A stretch of 64,000 bases of DNA from Candidatus Beckwithbacteria bacterium GW2011_GWC1_49_16 (GTDB taxonomy: Bacteria; Patescibacteriota; Microgenomatia; UBA1400; CG1-02-47-37), in NCBI GenBank assembly GCA_001029675.1, contig CP011210.1, positions 192,193 through 256,192 of the forward strand. The letters are read 5' to 3'. The position numbers were made by a program, and so were the translations under genes. The notes under the pieces were generated by a model, which saw nothing but the letters and a program-made list of their open reading frames with translations, did not search any database and was not told where the DNA came from. Shown here one piece after another: positions 62,388-64,000 of this stretch. Position 1 is the stretch's first letter. Every line of letters begins with the position of its first letter.

Positions 62388-63269
62388 TTACAAGCACTGG
62401 CCGGTGCAGCGGTTAAGACAAATCGACCGGGATCCGGGCAGAATGCTTAGCTCGGGGAAGAGAGTGAAGACGGCATCGCACTGGGCGCTACAAGCGTTAC
62501 AGCTGATGCCGCCTAGGCTGGCCGAACCCCCTGGAATGCCCTCCCCGCCGATACCGTTAGTCGCATTGGATGCGTCTTGTGAGACAGTTGAGGTAGTTGT
62601 GGATGTGTCACTGCTGGTTCCTGTACAACTGGCTTGGTAGACCGCCAAAGCGGTTTGGCAGTTGGCTTGTTGGGCTCTTTTGCCGTATTTACAAAAAGGC
62701 ACCCCGGCGTCTTTGGCAATAGTAAAAGCCAGAGCGCTGCAGTCGTCGTTTCGGGGCAGGTCAAAAGAGCCGCAGCCTTCGTCGTGGAGCCTTTGGTAGC
62801 ATTCCTGAAACTTAACATCATCGCAGGGGACGGGGTAATTACAGGAGCCGCCGCTGCACAAAGAGGTGCCGCTTTGGCACGCTTGGGGGACGTTTCCCGG
62901 CGGCGGGTTGCCTCCGGATGAGCTGGGGGGGTCTTGGGGTGGAGGGTTATTATCAACGCAGCTCCAGCCATTACCACCATATTCTCCAATTGAACAGCGT
63001 TGTCCGTCACCGCATTCCTCAACCTTATTCCAATCACCGTTTTTACATTGAAAGACAGCGCTAATCCCTCCGGGCCTGTTGCAAGCAAAGGCGCCTTCTA
63101 AGTTGTCATTACAGCTTGCCGCCGGAGAATTTATGCCACCCGCCAAAGATCTGGTCCGGGTGGGGGACTGGGCAAGAAGGTAAGCAAAGCCGAGGCCGGC
63201 GACCAAGACCAGGCCGATGACAGCTTTGAGTAAAACGGAGAGCTTCTTGAGCCTATAAAACAGGGCCAT
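62388..63269 (-). CDS. N-terminally anchored Cys-rich extracellular protein
   Basis: TM followed by LAQSPTRTRSLA; many Cys; Pro-rich and Thr-rich linkers. Confidence 0.7.
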   Translation of the reverse strand: MALFYRLKKLSVLLKAVIGLVLVAGLGFAYLLAQSPTRTRSLAGGINSPAASCNDNLEGAFACNRPGGISAVFQCKNGDWNKVEECGDGQRCSIGEYGGNGWSCVDNNPPPQDPPSSSGGNPPPGNVPQACQSGTSLCSGGSCNYPVPCDDVKFQECYQRLHDEGCGSFDLPRNDDCSALAFTIAKDAGVPFCKYGKRAQQANCQTALAVYQASCTGTSSDTSTTTSTVSQDASNATNGIGGEGIPGGSASLGGISCNACSAQCDAVFTLFPELSILPGSRSICLNRCTGQCL

Positions 63270-63286
63270 CAGGGATCATTATAACC

Positions 63287-63880
63287 TTAGATTTTCTGAA
63301 CTTGCAAGAAGTCAAGCTCGACGGGGGTTTCACGGCCAAAGATGGACACCAAAACTTTGACCTTGCCGCGTTCGTTGTCGATACTCTCCACCGAGCCCAG
63401 AAAGTCGGCAAACGGCCCTTCGATAATTTTGACGGCCTCGCCGATGGTGAAGGCGGCCTTGTACTTGGGCGCCTCCATCTCCATGAACTTCAAGATGTTT
63501 TTGACTTCGGAGGCGGGCAGAGGGGTGGGTTTGTTGCCGGCGCCGACAAAGCCGGTAACACCCTGGGTGGTGCGGACCGCCAGCCAGGAGTCGTCGGTGA
63601 GGATCATTCTGACCAAAAGATAGCCGGGGAAAAGTTTTTCCCTGACGTTTTGCTTTTGACCTTTTTTGATCTGAATCTTGTTTTGGGTGGGGATTAAGAC
63701 TTCGAGGATCGAGTCAGTCAAGTTCATGGTTTTGACTCTTTGCTTTAAGCCTTGGGCGACTTTGTGCTCGTGGCCGGAGTAGGTGTGGACCACAAACCAG
63801 TTGGCTTTTTTACTGTCCTTATCGGAAATGACGATGTGGTTTTCCGAATCGGGTTGGGTTTTCTTTTTGGTTTTTACCAT
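63287..63880 (-). CDS. nusG: Transcription termination/antitermination factor NusG
   Basis: WFVVHTYSGHE, FPGYLLV and GPFADF...IFGRETPVEL motifs. Confidence 0.97.
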   Translation of the reverse strand: MVKTKKKTQPDSENHIVISDKDSKKANWFVVHTYSGHEHKVAQGLKQRVKTMNLTDSILEVLIPTQNKIQIKKGQKQNVREKLFPGYLLVRMILTDDSWLAVRTTQGVTGFVGAGNKPTPLPASEVKNILKFMEMEAPKYKAAFTIGEAVKIIEGPFADFLGSVESIDNERGKVKVLVSIFGRETPVELDFLQVQKI

Positions 63881-63882
63881 AT

Positions 63883-64000
63883 TTATTTGACTATCAGGCC
63901 GACCAGTTTAGTAAACAGGTAGTCGAGGCCGCCCAGCAGGGCGCCGGTGACGGCGCTGACGCCGATGACGATGCCGGTTAATTTGACCACCTGGTTTTTT
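63883..64000 (-). CDS. secE: Preprotein translocase subunit SecE, C-terminal part
   Basis: Manual translation KNQVVKLTGIVIGVSAVTGALLGGLDYLFTKLVGLIVK; canonical position upstream of nusG. Confidence 0.85.
   Translation of the reverse strand, partial: KNQVVKLTGIVIGVSAVTGALLGGLDYLFTKLVGLIVK

Overview
This is a gene-dense bacterial chromosome segment. The gene content, leaderless-type promoters and cell-surface gene repertoire suggest a Patescibacteria/CPR genome of the Microgenomates group (inference). Housekeeping genes present are leuS, argS, ndk, tsaD, a tsaC-tsaE fusion, mreB, truB, secE-nusG-rplK-rplA-rplJ-rplL, comEA/comEC, tRNA-Pro and tRNA-Arg. They are interspersed with toxin-antitoxin and Fic genes and a WxL/DUF916-like surface cluster. 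The main candidate for an undescribed system is a ~16 kb minus-strand locus (28.2-44.3 kb). It combines tatC, four tandem tatA paralogs (absent from the ORF track), a membrane protein with an internal twin-arginine motif, a membrane-anchored scaffold, and several signal-peptide-less, phage-structural-like proteins that share modules, with no recognisable capsid, terminase or integrase gene. A second striking signal is several families of short palindromes and heptamer arrays inserted in frame inside conserved proteins (LeuS, ArgS, TsaD, TruB, MreB, HIT and others). All calls come from motif recognition by eye; no database searches were run.
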